A stretch of 64,000 bases of DNA from Balanoglossus misakiensis (Eukaryota; Animalia; Hemichordata): the NCBI GenBank assembly GCA_040954595.2, contig CM082579.2, positions 1,749,908 through 1,813,907 of the forward strand, in the 5' to 3' direction. Positions 1 through 14,795 of this stretch are shown in pieces. Both the position numbers and the translations under genes were made by a program. A model generated the notes under the pieces. It searched no databases, was not told the DNA's origin, and saw only the letters and a program-made list of their open reading frames with translations. Every line of letters begins with the position of its first letter. Positions within the stretch are counted from its first letter, which is position 1.

Positions 1-442
1 CTGCCGGGACTACTTGACATACAGACTAGATGGGTCGTGTCCTAACTTGTCTTAGCTTCGCCCAATGATAAGCTTCGACAATATTCTAAGGATAATCTTC
101 TTGCAAACTTTCCATTCATTCAAATGTTCAAGCCATTTTCACGATCCCTAAATTCTAGTTTTTCCGGTAGTGTGTGGTTATCAAAACTCAACAGTTTGAT
201 GCAAAAACGTACAAAGTTTAGCTTCATGATGTATTGCAGTAGCAAGTCAGTGCAAAATTTGGTGACTACAGCTGCATATATTTTTAGTGTCTGGGAGTTT
301 TTTTTACCAAACTGACGGATTCAATGAAAATACCAGAATGCAACTGAGGTCATGTAGAGGTCATGAAAATGGCTGATTCAACGATCTCATTCGTTACACA
401 CAGGGGTCATTCGAGGTCAGGGGGAAAGTAACTCCAACTTAC

Positions 443-1466
443 CCCTCTGCATGTAGCGTGCTACGCATGCTTCCGTTTGTTCGTGAACCGCACCAGTCAA
501 AGTACTGACGCTAATGTACTTGAAACAGTATCCCACAACTTCGGCACTCGTATCAAACGCTTCGCACTCGATCTCGATGGATTCCCCGGAAATCCTCCTC
601 TCGGTCTGGTACTCCAAGACCGGGTCAAGGTGAGCTGAGTATCTCTTCTGGGCGAACAGCCTGATTTTGTCGTCTGACGTTCTGCAAGAGGGCGTGGTGA
701 ATTCGATGGTGACCGCGTACTGACAAGGAAAGATTGTGGAGGAATGCACTTGGATGTGGTAGTTGTCGCTCCATGCAACTTGTAGATAGGAACTAGTGTC
801 CACAATGGAATCGTTGGAATAATCATCGTAACTGGATAGCACCACAAACCGATAGAGTCCGGCCCTGTCGAAGACGCCGCACGGAAAGCTTACTTCGTTG
901 TTGACTTGGAGATGGTCTATGTTTTCCTGCTTGACTGGGATGGATTCCATCCCATGTTGGCTGACAGACGTGTGGTTAGTGCCCACAAACTCGGCTATGA
1001 CAATAGTTAGGTAACGGTTGTAGTCGAGCAAATTGCATACCGATCCATCGACGGTGACCGTTACCGGAACCCCCGTTGTCATAGCATAGTGCGTCTTAGC
1101 ATGGTCGAACTCGAGTCGCGGCCAGAACACGAACAAAAGTTCGCTGACGCTCAGTAAATTATCACTGTCGTCGTAAAGTCGAAATTCGAATTCTCCGGCA
1201 TGGTCGAAATAGCTGCAGTCAAAAACTACAAATCCACTGGTCTCATCTGTTAGTTCCTTTCGGGCGCGTTCTTCGTCTAACGACAGGTCGTACAAGACGG
1301 CGTACTCCCCTGAGGTACGGCTGGGTTCGTCAGCGGGTATATACTGTACAGTCAAGTCAGCTGACAATGCCACGTGCGTAACCGGGGCGACAAGTCGAGG
1401 ATACTCATCACCTTTCAATGAGACAACTGAAGAGAAGAGAAGCAAGACTACAAGTATTAAAATCAT
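443..1466 (-). CDS. THSD1: THSD1-like (thrombospondin type-1 domain-containing protein 1) first coding exon; gene continues off the left edge
   Basis: ATG at 1466 lies 5 nt after a pyrimidine-rich AG acceptor. Signal peptide MILILVVLLLFSSVVS is followed by PVTHVALS, FDCSYFDHAGEFEFRL, VFWP, FPCGVFDRAGLYRF, VAWSDNY and GYCFKY, resembling the N-terminal ectodomain of vertebrate THSD1. The exon ends at a GTAAGT donor (442-437), so the ORF-track tail KLELLSP is intronic. The TSP1 domain itself is not visible in the window. Confidence 0.72.
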
Positions 1467-4400
1467 GGTAACTTCAGAATGAAACACGGACAAACACAAC
1501 GAAAATCTATTGTATTTCGGATGCTGATACTCTATAAAGGGATAGAGACTTGAGCTTTCTGGTGATGCCTTTTCCGTGCATCAATAAGAATATCTTCTTT
1601 TATTGTGTAATACCAGGCTTTTAAGCAGAACCCCCATGTCCTAGCCAGCATATGCATAATATTGTTATATTTGATATTTTCAAATGGCATTTTGATAAAA
1701 ATTGAATTGAGAGAATCTAATATATGTAAAGCGTTGAATGTCGTCATAGAAGGGGATAAAATAATGCGTCTGTCGTCATCGGTGACGTGGAAATGTGCTC
1801 ACAACGTCCCCTGCTGTCAGAATATCACAGAGACCATTAAGACCACGTGCTTGACGTGACTAATTGAACCAGTCAATCAGGAACAAATTAGAGTTGTGTC
1901 AAAATATGAATGAAAATGAAAACCAATGACACATCGAATGAGCTATGTGATATTTCGACACTGTTAGGATCGACAGCCAGCCAGCTCCACTGTTCAAGTA
2001 TTTTCGGCAATTGTGCATGGTTTGGTTTGTTTTGAGGATCTCAGGATCGACATTTTAAAATGAGCCACATTATTAAAACGTTTTGACAATAATATCTGGT
2101 TCGATCCCTTCTGGAATGACACGTGACAACTGGTAGCACCAGACAACGTCATCATACTTATGGCGGGGATATTTTCATTTGGGAAACCATGGAAACACTA
2201 CCATCACCACCACACTCGCAAAGATTAAATCACTTGGTTTAATCCTTAAATCGATCGCATTCACTGGATCACAGCGTGTGTGTTTTCGCTGAAAATAAGA
2301 TAAAATGCATGTTTTTGCCTTCGCAGTATGTGCTATTTAATTCGATTTTCGCGTATGTAATTACAAAAGGTGCATTGTAAGGGGCATCGTATATTTTTGA
2401 TAAGTATTGTAATTACACGCTGTACTCCGGTAAATGCATTTACTGGAATCTGGAATATCTATTAACATGACAATACGTGAGTCGCTGATTCAGTTAATAA
2501 TATTCTCTTCTGTTGATCGAAAACAATATATGGCATTCCATTTTAGTACATGACGACCTTCGTACAAGGATTTGTGAGTAATTTGAAGGAGGAAAGAGCG
2601 AAAGCACACACAAACTGTTTAAAATATAGTAACGAAATTTTCCCTGTCTCAGAGGCTGACAACGTGTCCAGACATTTCTGCGTAATGTATGTCACCGACA
2701 GCATGCAGAAACAAGTGAATGTAAGAACACAATCGACTTTGGAATTTGCTTAAGTTAAAAGTTCCACTTATTGCCGGAGTCGCGTTGTATGCGATAGTCA
2801 TGAGGTCAAACAATCCTGATGGAGGTCAATTACAAATACGCTGTGTACTTCAAACATAGATAGGGTGTAGTCAAATACACCGATCACCCGATGCACGGCA
2901 CACATAATTATAGTAGTTGTTTTCCGCTATGCATATCTGTCATGAAACGTCGAGGGTTTGAACTTATTTTTTAAAGTTCGGCCCGTCCTAATAAGTAGAA
3001 TGTATAGTAAGTAGGTTCTTTACAGCTGATGGCCATGTGAAGTGGAACAATGGTATTTATGAGCGACGTTGTAGGAATATCATGCACAGATATCCTGTTG
3101 TTTTCACGTCAGATTTTTTCGCAGTGTCGAATGCAGCTCTGCAAACATTATTTTCCCCAATCCTTCTTGTATTCAAACGTAGACACACCATACGTGTCTG
3201 GGGAGAGTTGTATTTATTCCACCCCGCTTTCACCATCCAATGGATATTGTTTATTTCTGGTCACACACGGGTCGTGACACGCAGCTACGGTAGCCCGCAT
3301 TCCGCTCACAGTGACGTAATCTCAACAGATGTGATGATGCGGCTGGATTTCTTTGGGTGCCGGAGTTCATTCTCTAACACTGTGGTTGAATTAGGTGGAG
3401 AATTACAGCACAGGCCCCCCCTTCTCTGTCTATATGACCGCCAGAGGTACTTACAACATTACACGGATGACGTTTTCACCTGTTTTGTGACTTTCACAAC
3501 CTGCTCATTCGTGTCTACTGAATTAGAGTGCTTCTACCTACGTTGGTGTTCACTCACGTGATCTCGCAAAATTGACCGAATTCCCCGATGTCTGGTTCCG
3601 CAGACGCGGGTCAGCTGAGTTCGGCAAAGCTGTCACTAATCTCAACATAATATGAATATTTTTCTCGCCTGTACCCCCGTTTTTAGTCCGACCTATTCGG
3701 CTTCAAAATATATAATCGTCCAGCAAACTCCTATTCTGGGGCTCGTGACTTTAAAATGATTCTAGGAGGAATAAAAACTGTTGGACTAAACATTTGAATT
3801 CACGGCTGATTAGCCATAGATGAGAACTCCGACGACATTGCAATGAAAATTACGACCTCGTAATTTTTTTTCACCGGTACAGTTACATTCATAGCGGGGT
3901 TGACGGGTAATCGATAACTGGTACGGGAATCTGGTAAAATGTTGGCACCTCAGAACCAGACTGTTCTAGTAACATCAGATTTTTTGGCAAACTGGTCTTA
4001 ACTCAGTTGACACTTTCTTAGTAAGTCCTGGTCAACGTGAAACTTCACTCGCTAATTGGTATGTGTACATGGACAGGGTTTTCAGGCCAGCTGTTAAAGG
4101 GGCCAATTAAAACCGACGTGCCACCAAATCATCCGATGAATTCATAGCTGACCCTTGAAGGAAGAATGCGCATTTGAATTTCGAGACCACTTCATTTGGA
4201 GTACTCTGACGCGGCTGGCTTTTAACAATAGACTTAGCACAACTCATATGTATGAAAGCATAGTGTGGAATTTGCTGGTGAAGGGGAATTAAAGTTTACA
4301 GCCCACGGCCAAAAGTTCAGGCCGACAGAACATTTGGGTTCTTTCCTAAGCAGCCGGTGATCAAGTTTGTAGGCATTCTCTGTTTACAAGATTCAAAAAA

Positions 4401-7400
4401 TTAAAAGCAGTGAGTCACGAGAAAAGTATCATGCTGAGTTTGAGTTACACAGTGTGAAAATGGGTCGAGTCGTGTTGATACAGTACCAGATGACGGTATA
4501 AATTTAGCTCTAGTGGGCGAGATTTGCATGACCGTCTGTTTGTCTGGGAAGTCAAAGGTCAAATAAGGTCTTCTCAATATGACGAGACAAGTATTGTCCC
4601 GATTTACGTGTCTTATACCAGGTGACCCTTACAAAATCACTACGGCTTTCCAACAAATTGGTGTGGTGTCTGTCGAACAAAATGGTGGACGGCCAGATCG
4701 TTTAAGCGATCGCTTTGAGTTTGAGTCCCACGCTTTGCGAGGACCCGTTGAACACCATGCTGATAAACCGAGACTTTATGCAGGCTAGTATTTACCCTGC
4801 AAGGTCGTTTCTTGGGGTTATCTGGGTCTGTATTTTGTGATAGGTATAAATATTGACCTTGAAATGCTTTGTGAAAATGTTTGCATAATGGCGGTTATAA
4901 AGGGGAAACATGTCGCCTCCTACCTCGTGTTAGCAGCATTAAAACCACAAACAAACATGCATTCATGTTACCAACTTGTCCATGGTAGCCGACCATTTCC
5001 CTCTGCACAAACCAACATCACTGAAACGAAGAGAAAAGGCGAAATATAGATTAAACGAAATAAAACTTAGCAAAGTACAAACCCACAGGACTTGTTGCGT
5101 GATATTTTCTACCGCGGCGAAATGGCTTTCAGCGGAATAGGTACTGGCACCATGATAGCCGCCAGTTCCGCTCAGCTGCCAGTTCGCCCGAGTAACGACA
5201 GTAGCTTTGTTAGAACGCTGTTGTTACATCTGGTGTGTATATGTGGTAATAATTCGTCAAACATACTCTATCGGCGGCACAGATCCGTGCAGATCACGCA
5301 GCGTTCCTTCGTATCCACCGTCATGGAACAACGTAGACACTCTAATACGACTTTGACCCAAGTTTGTCGGGTGAATTTTACAACGGAAGGCAGACAGCGA
5401 CGGCCCGGAGTCGACTTATTCAAGGGCACGGGCTTTGGTCTTCTGCTCAATAGAAAATAACTGAAACTGAGTAGCCTTGTTGATCTAACTCCCTAACACG
5501 ACAGCAATTAGCTCATCTGTCAAAAGTGGGTTCGTATTTATTTTTGACGATACCACTGCGCTCTTACATCAATGAGTTTCAAAATTAGCGAATCACTGTG
5601 AATTTAACAGTCTGGAACTTCTTTGTCATTTAAATAGAGGAGACGAGACACGACCACCTGGGAAACACGCTGCATAATGGGCGTGGGAGCGCAGAGCGCG
5701 AAGAAGCCGATGTACAATAAGCCCTTACAGCTATCACGGCAAACAAAACTACCATAGAAACGTGGAGAGGTCAGAATAACAAGCACACAATATATCAAGT
5801 TGAAAAAGAATACCTCTGGCGACTTCGAACCAAAGTCGCTTGTTTGCCTTTATCCAGATTCCCTCGATTACCAATAAAACCTTGTTGGGACCGTCATTTC
5901 ATGCTCCCTATCTAGAACCCTATCATCACTGTATAGAAGTATTATGCATTTTGACGCCCTGTACCAACCCCCACTGACAATACCGTACAAGCAACGTCCC
6001 CTCGCTTTGTTTGAGTAGAATTTACAACCGTCAACCTATTTTACCGGCGCAACGCACCCATTTACAAGTTTAAAAGGGTACAAGTTTAAACGACCACGAA
6101 GTACAATGTCCACATGTCTGCATGCATCGCGTCCGACTATCTCAAAAAATCCAGGGCATTCGTCACGCCTGCAAGTTTTATCAGCACGAACTCGCATTCG
6201 CGGAGTAATCCGTTGACCTCGGGCTCTATACGGATAAACAACATACTTGTAGATGTAAACTGCCGTACTAATATCAGGGCAGATAAAACGCAACATGATT
6301 CGGAGTTTATATATTACAAGATTCATACACCGGCGCAGTCAGTCATAATTTGTCGTAAACTTCATAATCAAAGAGAAGTCCCGTCAGGTCACGTTGCGTG
6401 CAGTCGAGCCAGCATGCTTCCAGTTCGCCAGTCGCGCAAATATTGTAGGAGCCTGAACAAACACCATTTAATAAACGAAGAAAGTATATATACACCGATT
6501 ATACATTAATACCGTCCAATAAATTTTCACCTTCGCGTGTCAAAGTCAAAACCCAGTCATAAATACTTCATCTGGCTATTTTTAAATTCTACCGTTGCTT
6601 CCCTCTTCAGACCCGAATGCCTGTACTTCGTGGTAAGAAGACAGGGTCGTTGAATTTATGGAATTGCACAGTTGTTTGCTTGGATATAGACTGCAGAGAA
6701 ACAAGGAAGTGAGCGTCGCCAAACGGCTTTCCTCAATTTTACATCACCAATATCTAACCGCGCCAAAAGTTTCTCGTCTGCACAGCCTGTAAACTGTGTA
6801 ATATATTAGCAGACGTTCGGTCAAAACCTCGTCACCGGGGTTATCTTTGAGATTGCATGTACAGTATATGCAGGCAGATCATGAGTGGACGGTTAGGGTC
6901 GACCAACGGCTCGCTCGACGGGGACAAGACCGACAGCAATGACTTTAATTGAAATATCAATTCCCCAAAGTGGACTGTCCGCGTTGTTCACATTTTCCGA
7001 GTTCTTCTGTTGTCTTTGCCTGAAAGCCTAGGGTATCTTTTGGAAGGATAAAATTATAAACAGTGTATCAATAGGCTTAATTGAGAATAAATCGCCCGAG
7101 ACGACGAGAGCTCGGACGAACTTTTCCTGGCGTGGCTTTGACTGTCGGCTGGCAGAGAATACGTTTCAAAGGTTAAATGTGTGGAATTCCATCCTCTGAT
7201 AACGATATCTGACTTGTGGTGAATCATGGGAAAAGACCACGCCTATACTGAGGGGATGATTATAATCTTTTTGATCTGTATATTTCTTCATATCAAAATT
7301 AAAAGGTTTAAGACAGACTTGCGAAAGTTATATTACTTTGACCATTGCAATAATGATTACCCCAATATTCAACGACAGTGCCAGTGTCATCGTCATTGAA

Positions 7401-10400
7401 ACAATAATAACACGGTCAAAAATTGATCGTAAAAAGCACCACCGTGGCCAACAAAAATTGCAACCCAATTACATAGTGTTCAATAAAAAAACTAATTTCG
7501 CTGATCTAAGCAATAAATAAATAATTCAAACCTGAGACTTCCTGTTATCAGTATTAGCGAAGAGAAACGAATAAAAGGCGGGTCATAAAAGTGTCTGAGG
7601 ATAGGGCACGAAAATACAGATAAAACGTTATTTGCGAATTTTATATACTTGTCAGTGGAATTGTAGTATTTCTTTTGCATGATGCAAGGACATTCTGGTT
7701 TTACGAGATGTCGGGAAATCACACGAGAGCTGTGATGAACTAGAGTTGTAAAAAACGTTTTCATTGACTCGGTGTCTTTCAGGCAGGACCAATAAATGAA
7801 GCCTTGCGTCCGTTTCATATCTTAATGCTCACTGCTTGGTGATAGGCACGGAAGATGCAATAAGTGGGCGAGGTCTGGCCATTCTGAACCTCTAGGCACA
7901 TCTCAGTGAGACGCTAAGACGATGGCACATATCTAATGTATTCGTGCTTCTTATGGAACTAACATGAAAAGTCTAGTTTATTATGCGTCTGTGTTAGCTT
8001 TCTGTACTTAATCGTGTTTTGGTATTATTCTTGTTAACATATCAGATTATCCATTTAATCCGCTAGCCGATTGTTGACATAGTCCCGTTTGATTTGATAA
8101 CACAAAATAGAGAGTACATACGAATTCGCTAAACAAACTGTCTGAAAGGGAGTTCGAGGCCAAACTGTTTATTTACTTCGTTACGTTTGTCAGACTTCGG
8201 GAAAAAGACACGAGTAATTCGATGCTTCGTCTTTACGATTATGTTACGTTTCATATCTTCGTACATTATAGTTTTCACATACTAAATAGCTACGGAACTG
8301 TCCGGCAAACGCTACTTCCCAATACAGCTTCGCCCTGTACTCTGTGTAAACATCATCAACGCTCGGTGACTTCACCAACTGTTAATGCATAAACGACATC
8401 CATCACTGAGCAGTTAATCGACGATGAACAAGAAAGACGCTATAGTCGTTTCAGGGTTTGAGTGTAAGGGAAATTGCGCGGAAGAAACGACATGGATCAA
8501 ACTGAAAATAAAGAGGAAGAACTCATACTCCTGAGTTTGAGGGGATGCAGCGACGCACCGTTGATAACATTGAGGATCTTTTTTAACCCGCCTAAATGAA
8601 TTTTTCAGCGGAGGTGTCGTTTGGAGGTCTACTTAGTACGTTCGTGTTTTAGACGTTTACGACTAAAAATGCACACATGACGTTGGAATTATGATGAATT
8701 TGAACATCTGCATGCAAACACATGTCTGCTAAGTCGAACCTGTCCAAATCACAAATTGTCGGGCGGCGAAGCATAGGCAAACGGCTCTACTTTTGGCGGG
8801 ATTCAGTTCCCGCGGAAATGGGATCTGTAGTGCCGAACGTTTGAAGATAAAGCACGCCTTGATTGCGCCGTTAATTCCAGGTATACATACCAGTTAAAAT
8901 AATCAGTTACCTTACTATTGCTGAGAAATGAATGCACTTCCTTGGCAAATACGCAGTCTATCCAAACTCGCCACCAAAGCCCGGATTCTTGAATATTCAA
9001 GTCCGACAGTCTGGACGCAGATGAGTAATTAGAAATACGATCTTACTACATCGGCGGCGAGAGGACAGTCCTTCGTAAAAACAACTAGCGGGGTCAGACT
9101 TTCAGAGGATGTTCTCAATTCCACAGAAGAACACAGTTGCCTCCTGAACTGCTAATTGGGACAATTTCCACGTCACTGGTCGAGACCTCTCCCTCCCTGT
9201 TATGGGCTCCCACTGCTAAACATGTAACGCTGGTGTGTCACCACAAACATCAAGGCTCCCTAGCATGTAAATATCCGTACATCATATGGTATATAACTCC
9301 TACCTAAAGATGACGCCCGGGGCTGTACACTTACCGTGCGAGCCCTTTTCACCCAACATTTTGCTAGCTTCAAAAACATGATTACATTGACTTATTTCAC
9401 TTAGCAACCGAATTTTGTGAACGTAACAAGGATGACGGTGTTGTGAAAAGACACTTGTTCAATCATGAACTGCAGATGTCTGCAGACTTCATGTAAGCTT
9501 ACCATCCACAGAGAAATGTATAACCTCTCATAAAATTACTAGCGTTTCGCAAAATTTAATGAAGCTCTAAAATCAAAAATATTTGATGGCCTTCTACGGA
9601 TTATTTTTGTTTTAAAAAGGATTTTCTCTTTCTATCACATACTCGATCTTTCTTTTTCACACTTCATTCCATGGTTTTTCATCTTCTGTCTGGTCAAGTC
9701 ATCGAGTACACACTCAACGCGTCTCAGCACACTTCGAACTAGCATAAGTGATGAACATGATATCGCTGATTGGAGGTAGTGTTGCCAGGATACACAGTAC
9801 CGGCGATACTCCATCACAAGTGAAGTACGGTGTCAAGATGATAACGAGTCAGTTTTCTCTCCAGGAAGACCACAACGACAACTTTTGATCCTCGCGGTAA
9901 AATATTATTAAATCGCTGTCGTCTGCCCCAGCGCAATCTCAGAATTGCTGTTTTGCAAAGATCTGGTAAGAAAACGGAGTATCCTTTTGGAAATCGTTCT
10001 TTTTTTTAATGAAACCAATATCACAAGTAAGTTAATGAATCCTTTAATCACTTAATCACGTTCCCGTTCGATTGTGCGGGCCGTCATCCCGGCGGGACTC
10101 TTCACTCCCTATTTTCAATGAGTCTGTCGTATCGATCCGCCGAACAAAAGCATCCAGGGCATCCTCCGGGAAAGTTAATGCGCCGACTAGATTAACCCAT
10201 GGTAAGCAATCGGCCAATTTAACAATAAGTGTAAGGCGGATTAGTTTGAGCAACGTTGACTAGTCGTGGCTCACTTCAAGGGGATTCAGCGACGGATTAA
10301 TGACAACACTCGTTAATCAAAGGAAATTATCAAGTCTAAATGTCACGGCTGTTTCTATTGGTAAAACTGGACCTGAAATAATTACTATGGGACACCAGAA

Positions 10401-11143
10401 GTGATTTGAACATCCCTCAGTTGAAATTCGCTTTGATTATACATCGAAACAATCTCGTTCAACTTTTCTAAACCACCCCTGGGTTGCCGCGAACTGCTAT
10501 CGAAATAATTTAATTTGTAAGGTAAGCGAAAGGTCAGACGATACATGTGAAAGTTTGGCGCGAAAGCCACCTGACGATAAATATCGATTCTTGAATTCAC
10601 TGAAGTGTGAATCATCGATTTACCCGCTTGTTTGTAAGTGGACGAAACGCCACGGTGTTCGTTAGACGTAACTAGCGGAAAATGTTGGGAATTATGATCG
10701 GATCACGTTTTGCTACTGCGAGTCACATTCGTCATCGTTAGCGCGAGCAGAACGCCCCATCTCCATAAATTCTGGTCGAAATGCGAAGAAAAATTAAGCC
10801 CTGGGTTTACTTCGGATAATGAAAAAGATCGCAATCTTTTGTCGGTTATTTATTCCTGTCGATTCGGAAGGTAGTGCGATATTAGAACAGATAACGGAAA
10901 TAAAGTTGGAATTCTAATGAAGTGAAGGGCGTACGAGAGAATACGGTAGTGTAATTCACGTTTAGCGTTGGAGCTATAAAAGTGTCCCCATGTCACACAG
11001 GAGATGCCAATATCTTTCTGTTATATACGCACGTTACTCGCCGTCAAAGTTTGGTGCGGCAAAAAATACTATTCGCTTGCATGCCTCAGGTATGAATGTT
11101 AACTGATGGATGACGTCACACATCCTGAACTAAAACAACGAAA

Positions 11144-11190
11144 TCATCATCATCACCACCACCGTGACCACCACCATCACCATCATCACC
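11144..11190. repeat. (CAT/CAC)n compound trinucleotide microsatellite
   Basis: tcatcatcatcaccaccaccgtgaccaccaccatcaccatcatcacc read directly. Confidence 0.75.
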
Positions 11191-14100
11191 ATGGGCAACG
11201 CCATATCACGGAAACGTCACTATGCTACATCAGAAAATGATTTTTGGTGGAAGGCATTTGACTTTTTTCTCCAGGAAAATGTTACATCAATGAAGATTTT
11301 TTACGAGCACTTGTGCATTCGGTTCACACAACTCGCTCACAACAAATTGAGTTGCCGAACTAATGAGAGAAATGTCCCGTCACACAGTTGGAAATCTACA
11401 GCCCACTAGGGTATACACCTTTGTGTTTCAGAATGGCGTTTTCATGAAGAGTAAGTCATAAATTGTTATTAGCTAGAAGACTGCTTTGTTGAGTGGGGCT
11501 AGCTCCCCATGACACTGCGTACACCGTGATGGATCACCCCAGCCATCGTCTAAATGGTTAGGTGACTCAATTCGGCAATGTTCTACATAAAGATTGACTT
11601 AATACGCCGGCCTTATGGTTGTACAAGACGCCCCCGTGTCATCAAAAATTTAATATCAACCTCGATCATCGCTGACTATTTTTCTTCTCTTCTCTGATGA
11701 TAGATCGCTTCATAACCATTATCATTAAATATATCTCTTGTGCGCTCTTTTTCGCGTTATGTGAATGAATATGACTTGAGTATATCCGACGTCTGCTGCA
11801 TGCTAACGGCGGTGATTCAGCGCCCTGTGGATTGGCTTTAAAGTGGAGAAAATTAGAACCTAAGCAAACGGCATGAGTGAGGACTTTGTGGCTGTCACTG
11901 GATTAATTGTACTCATCAAAGACACTGGGAAAACTGCAGCTGAGCTCTAACTCACTCACATCAAAGAGTACGAGATAGGCGAGCGTTGAACTGAAAGCTC
12001 TGCAGAAATTCAACCGACTAGGAAACTACGAAAAAAACATATCTGTTGGCTATTCACTTCATTAATAATCGGCACACCCACTGACAAGCCTCTTGTAACT
12101 GCATAGGTCAGTTTTCCCGTTTAACACAGGGGTCAGGCTACCTGGGACAGCTTCATTGCTCACCGAGTTAGTCTCTCTTGAACTGCAACTGCGACGGAAA
12201 TATTAGTCAGTAATCACTCTCATTTATCCCTGTCGCTGCGGCATCTTCACAAACGATCATAATAATCGATGGAGAGTAGGAGTGTTTGCGATTCGAATCC
12301 CATGCCCGTCGATTACCGGGTATTGCCACGGTAATTCATAGAACAGAATGAAATCGCGTACACTATGAACGACCAATATCCCCTGCACATTGAGTCTGGA
12401 TTAGCGGAGAGTTGCCGGGTTCAAATGAAGGATGACAGATGTGAAATCCAAGCGCCTATTGAGTCTGTAGGGCGACTTCCACTCATTCGCAGTACCGTGC
12501 CACGCCGCCTTCACTCGAGATTTCCTTCCATTTTCCCATCCCTTCCTTCATCCGGCACACTGGAATTTTAAACGGCTCTGACACTCACCAATTACGACGT
12601 TACGCGCGTCAGATGTGACGGTGTGAATTCGATTCCAGTGACAGGAATGCTGACATATAATATAATTCCGCGCTGAGTTTGCGGCAGGCTTCAGCTCAGC
12701 ATCAAGCTTTATTCATGGCGACAACCTGGTACGCGTTATTACTGAACTAGATTTAGATTCCGATGAAAGACTTCGTCGCGATTTTCGAGGTCTTTCAGTC
12801 AAATATTACCCATAGTTAATAAAATGCCGTTTACAACCAGTGGCGATTTTATGATAAGTGCCTTTCTGATGAGAAGGCATAATCATATTAAACATTAAAG
12901 ATAAAAAAAATGCGTTCTAAAGGAAAATATCACGGTGATTGAATGCACAACAAAAAAGACATCGTTCTGCCGATGGCAGATGAAATTGCGTGACTGACTA
13001 CACGTCGACAATCCCATTTGAGGGTTTATTTCGAACCATATTGAGAACTGTTTCAATATCGTAATCGGATTGTCTGCTGATCGGCCTGATCATTATGTCG
13101 GCGAGGATCAAAGACACTATCTCCCGTGGCAGATGACACCGATGAATGTCATCGTGCGGAGACGGCAAGCTTCATCAGACAGTGAGGTGTGATAACCGCG
13201 GCATTCGAGCACTTTCAACAGAAACTGATTTCAGCTACTGTATTATTCTTGTTATTGAATCTAAAAGCTGCATTTGTGTGCTAAGATCTGCTATCACCAA
13301 TAGCTATTTATATTGAATCCAGCTCTTGGACATGCACAGGTAACTCTTTCTCGCGAGGAAGCTGACAGTCTCCCATAAAGGTCATGGTCCCTCGTAAACT
13401 TTCCCCCCAAACAAAGTCAATGACTTCTGAAACGTACACTGAAAATGTATATGTATTTTCAGTGTGTTTGTCTGCCAAAGTCACAAGGGATCGCGGTTCA
13501 CGTATAGACCATATCTGTATAACGCTATAAAATTATATTTGCCACTCAGGCAAAGATGTCATTTTTTTTCAAAAACGCCGGGTTTACTTTGTCGGCACCG
13601 GCGTTCGCCTCCCAATGGGCGGGGTCACACAGAGTTCGTTATTCTTTCCCTGACTCGTCAGCATCACGGTTAGCAATCTGAAACTAACTTGAAGATATCG
13701 CGAGAGTATGTCAAAGGATGTTTTGCCGAGGTGATTTATCCAATAGGGTATATTATGACTTAGTTGACTGTCACTTAGAGCAATGAAACAAATATACCTG
13801 TTTTAACCTCAGCTTTGTTTTATGTCCTGGACTCATAATTCTTCTGAAAGTGACAATGAATGGAAAAAGATATGATCAGGACGTCTCAGCGGTCCCTTCC
13901 AGAGGTGTTCATGTTATAACTTAATATTACGTACACGTTGACCGATGCCGGCATGGTTTAGCGAGGCAGGAATTCTGAGGTAATATATCACGTGGGAAAT
14001 AATAGGTAAGCTGGCGCCGTACTGTGCACAGGACGTTTTTATTGTAGGATATGGACCCATCAATATGACTGTGACTGACTTTAACTCATCTGCGCACTTA

Positions 14101-14744
14101 ACAATAGGGCATTACTTGTACTTCTAATAAGCTAGAGTCATCAATTATTCCTGCATTCGCTTCAATCTGGCTGTCGTGACGTTTGAGGCATTCTCCTTTC
14201 CCCGAAATTCATCAAATCGATTAATATTTTTAGTAAACAGTTCGACCGATATGCATCCGATCCGACCGGCGTGACGCACGAATGATACCGTCATCTAACT
14301 GTTAGATATGGCTTCCTCGTTTCTCGGTCAGTAGAAAACGAAGCTTTGGGCCGTGTGTCGATTCTAATGCTTACTAGTACAGCTGTTAGCGATTATGTTA
14401 ACCGTTATGTGATGAGGCACCTGGTGTTTTCAACTCTCTCTCATTTGTAAAACGACAAAGCTGATCTTTTAGGGCATTGTTTTCTCTGCAGTGATGAGTA
14501 CTCTGCTTCTGAAATATTCATTATTCTTCGGGTATCATATGTCAATTTGAATACTGTAATTTCCCTGCGATTATCTTTATGATTCCTGTGAAATTCCCCC
14601 GTGACATTTCCAATGATGGCACAACTTCATTATCCATATTACATAAACACTTCATGATTACGTCAAAGGCTTAGAAAAGGAGAGTTTAGAAACAAATTAA
14701 CCCAGAAGATATTTTCATTCCACGCTGAAGCGTACCACTTTGAA

Positions 14745-14795
14745 AACAAAACAAAATCAACGACGACGACAGCACCAGCAACAACAACAACAACA
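14745..14795. repeat. Low-complexity (AAAAC)/(ACG)/(CAA)n microsatellite
   Basis: aaacaaaacaaaatcaacgacgacgacagcaccagcaacaacaacaacaacag read directly. Confidence 0.65.

Noticed and set aside
3037-3561. 174-aa + strand ORF
   Set aside because: GTG start, random-looking composition, no recognisable domain or exon context
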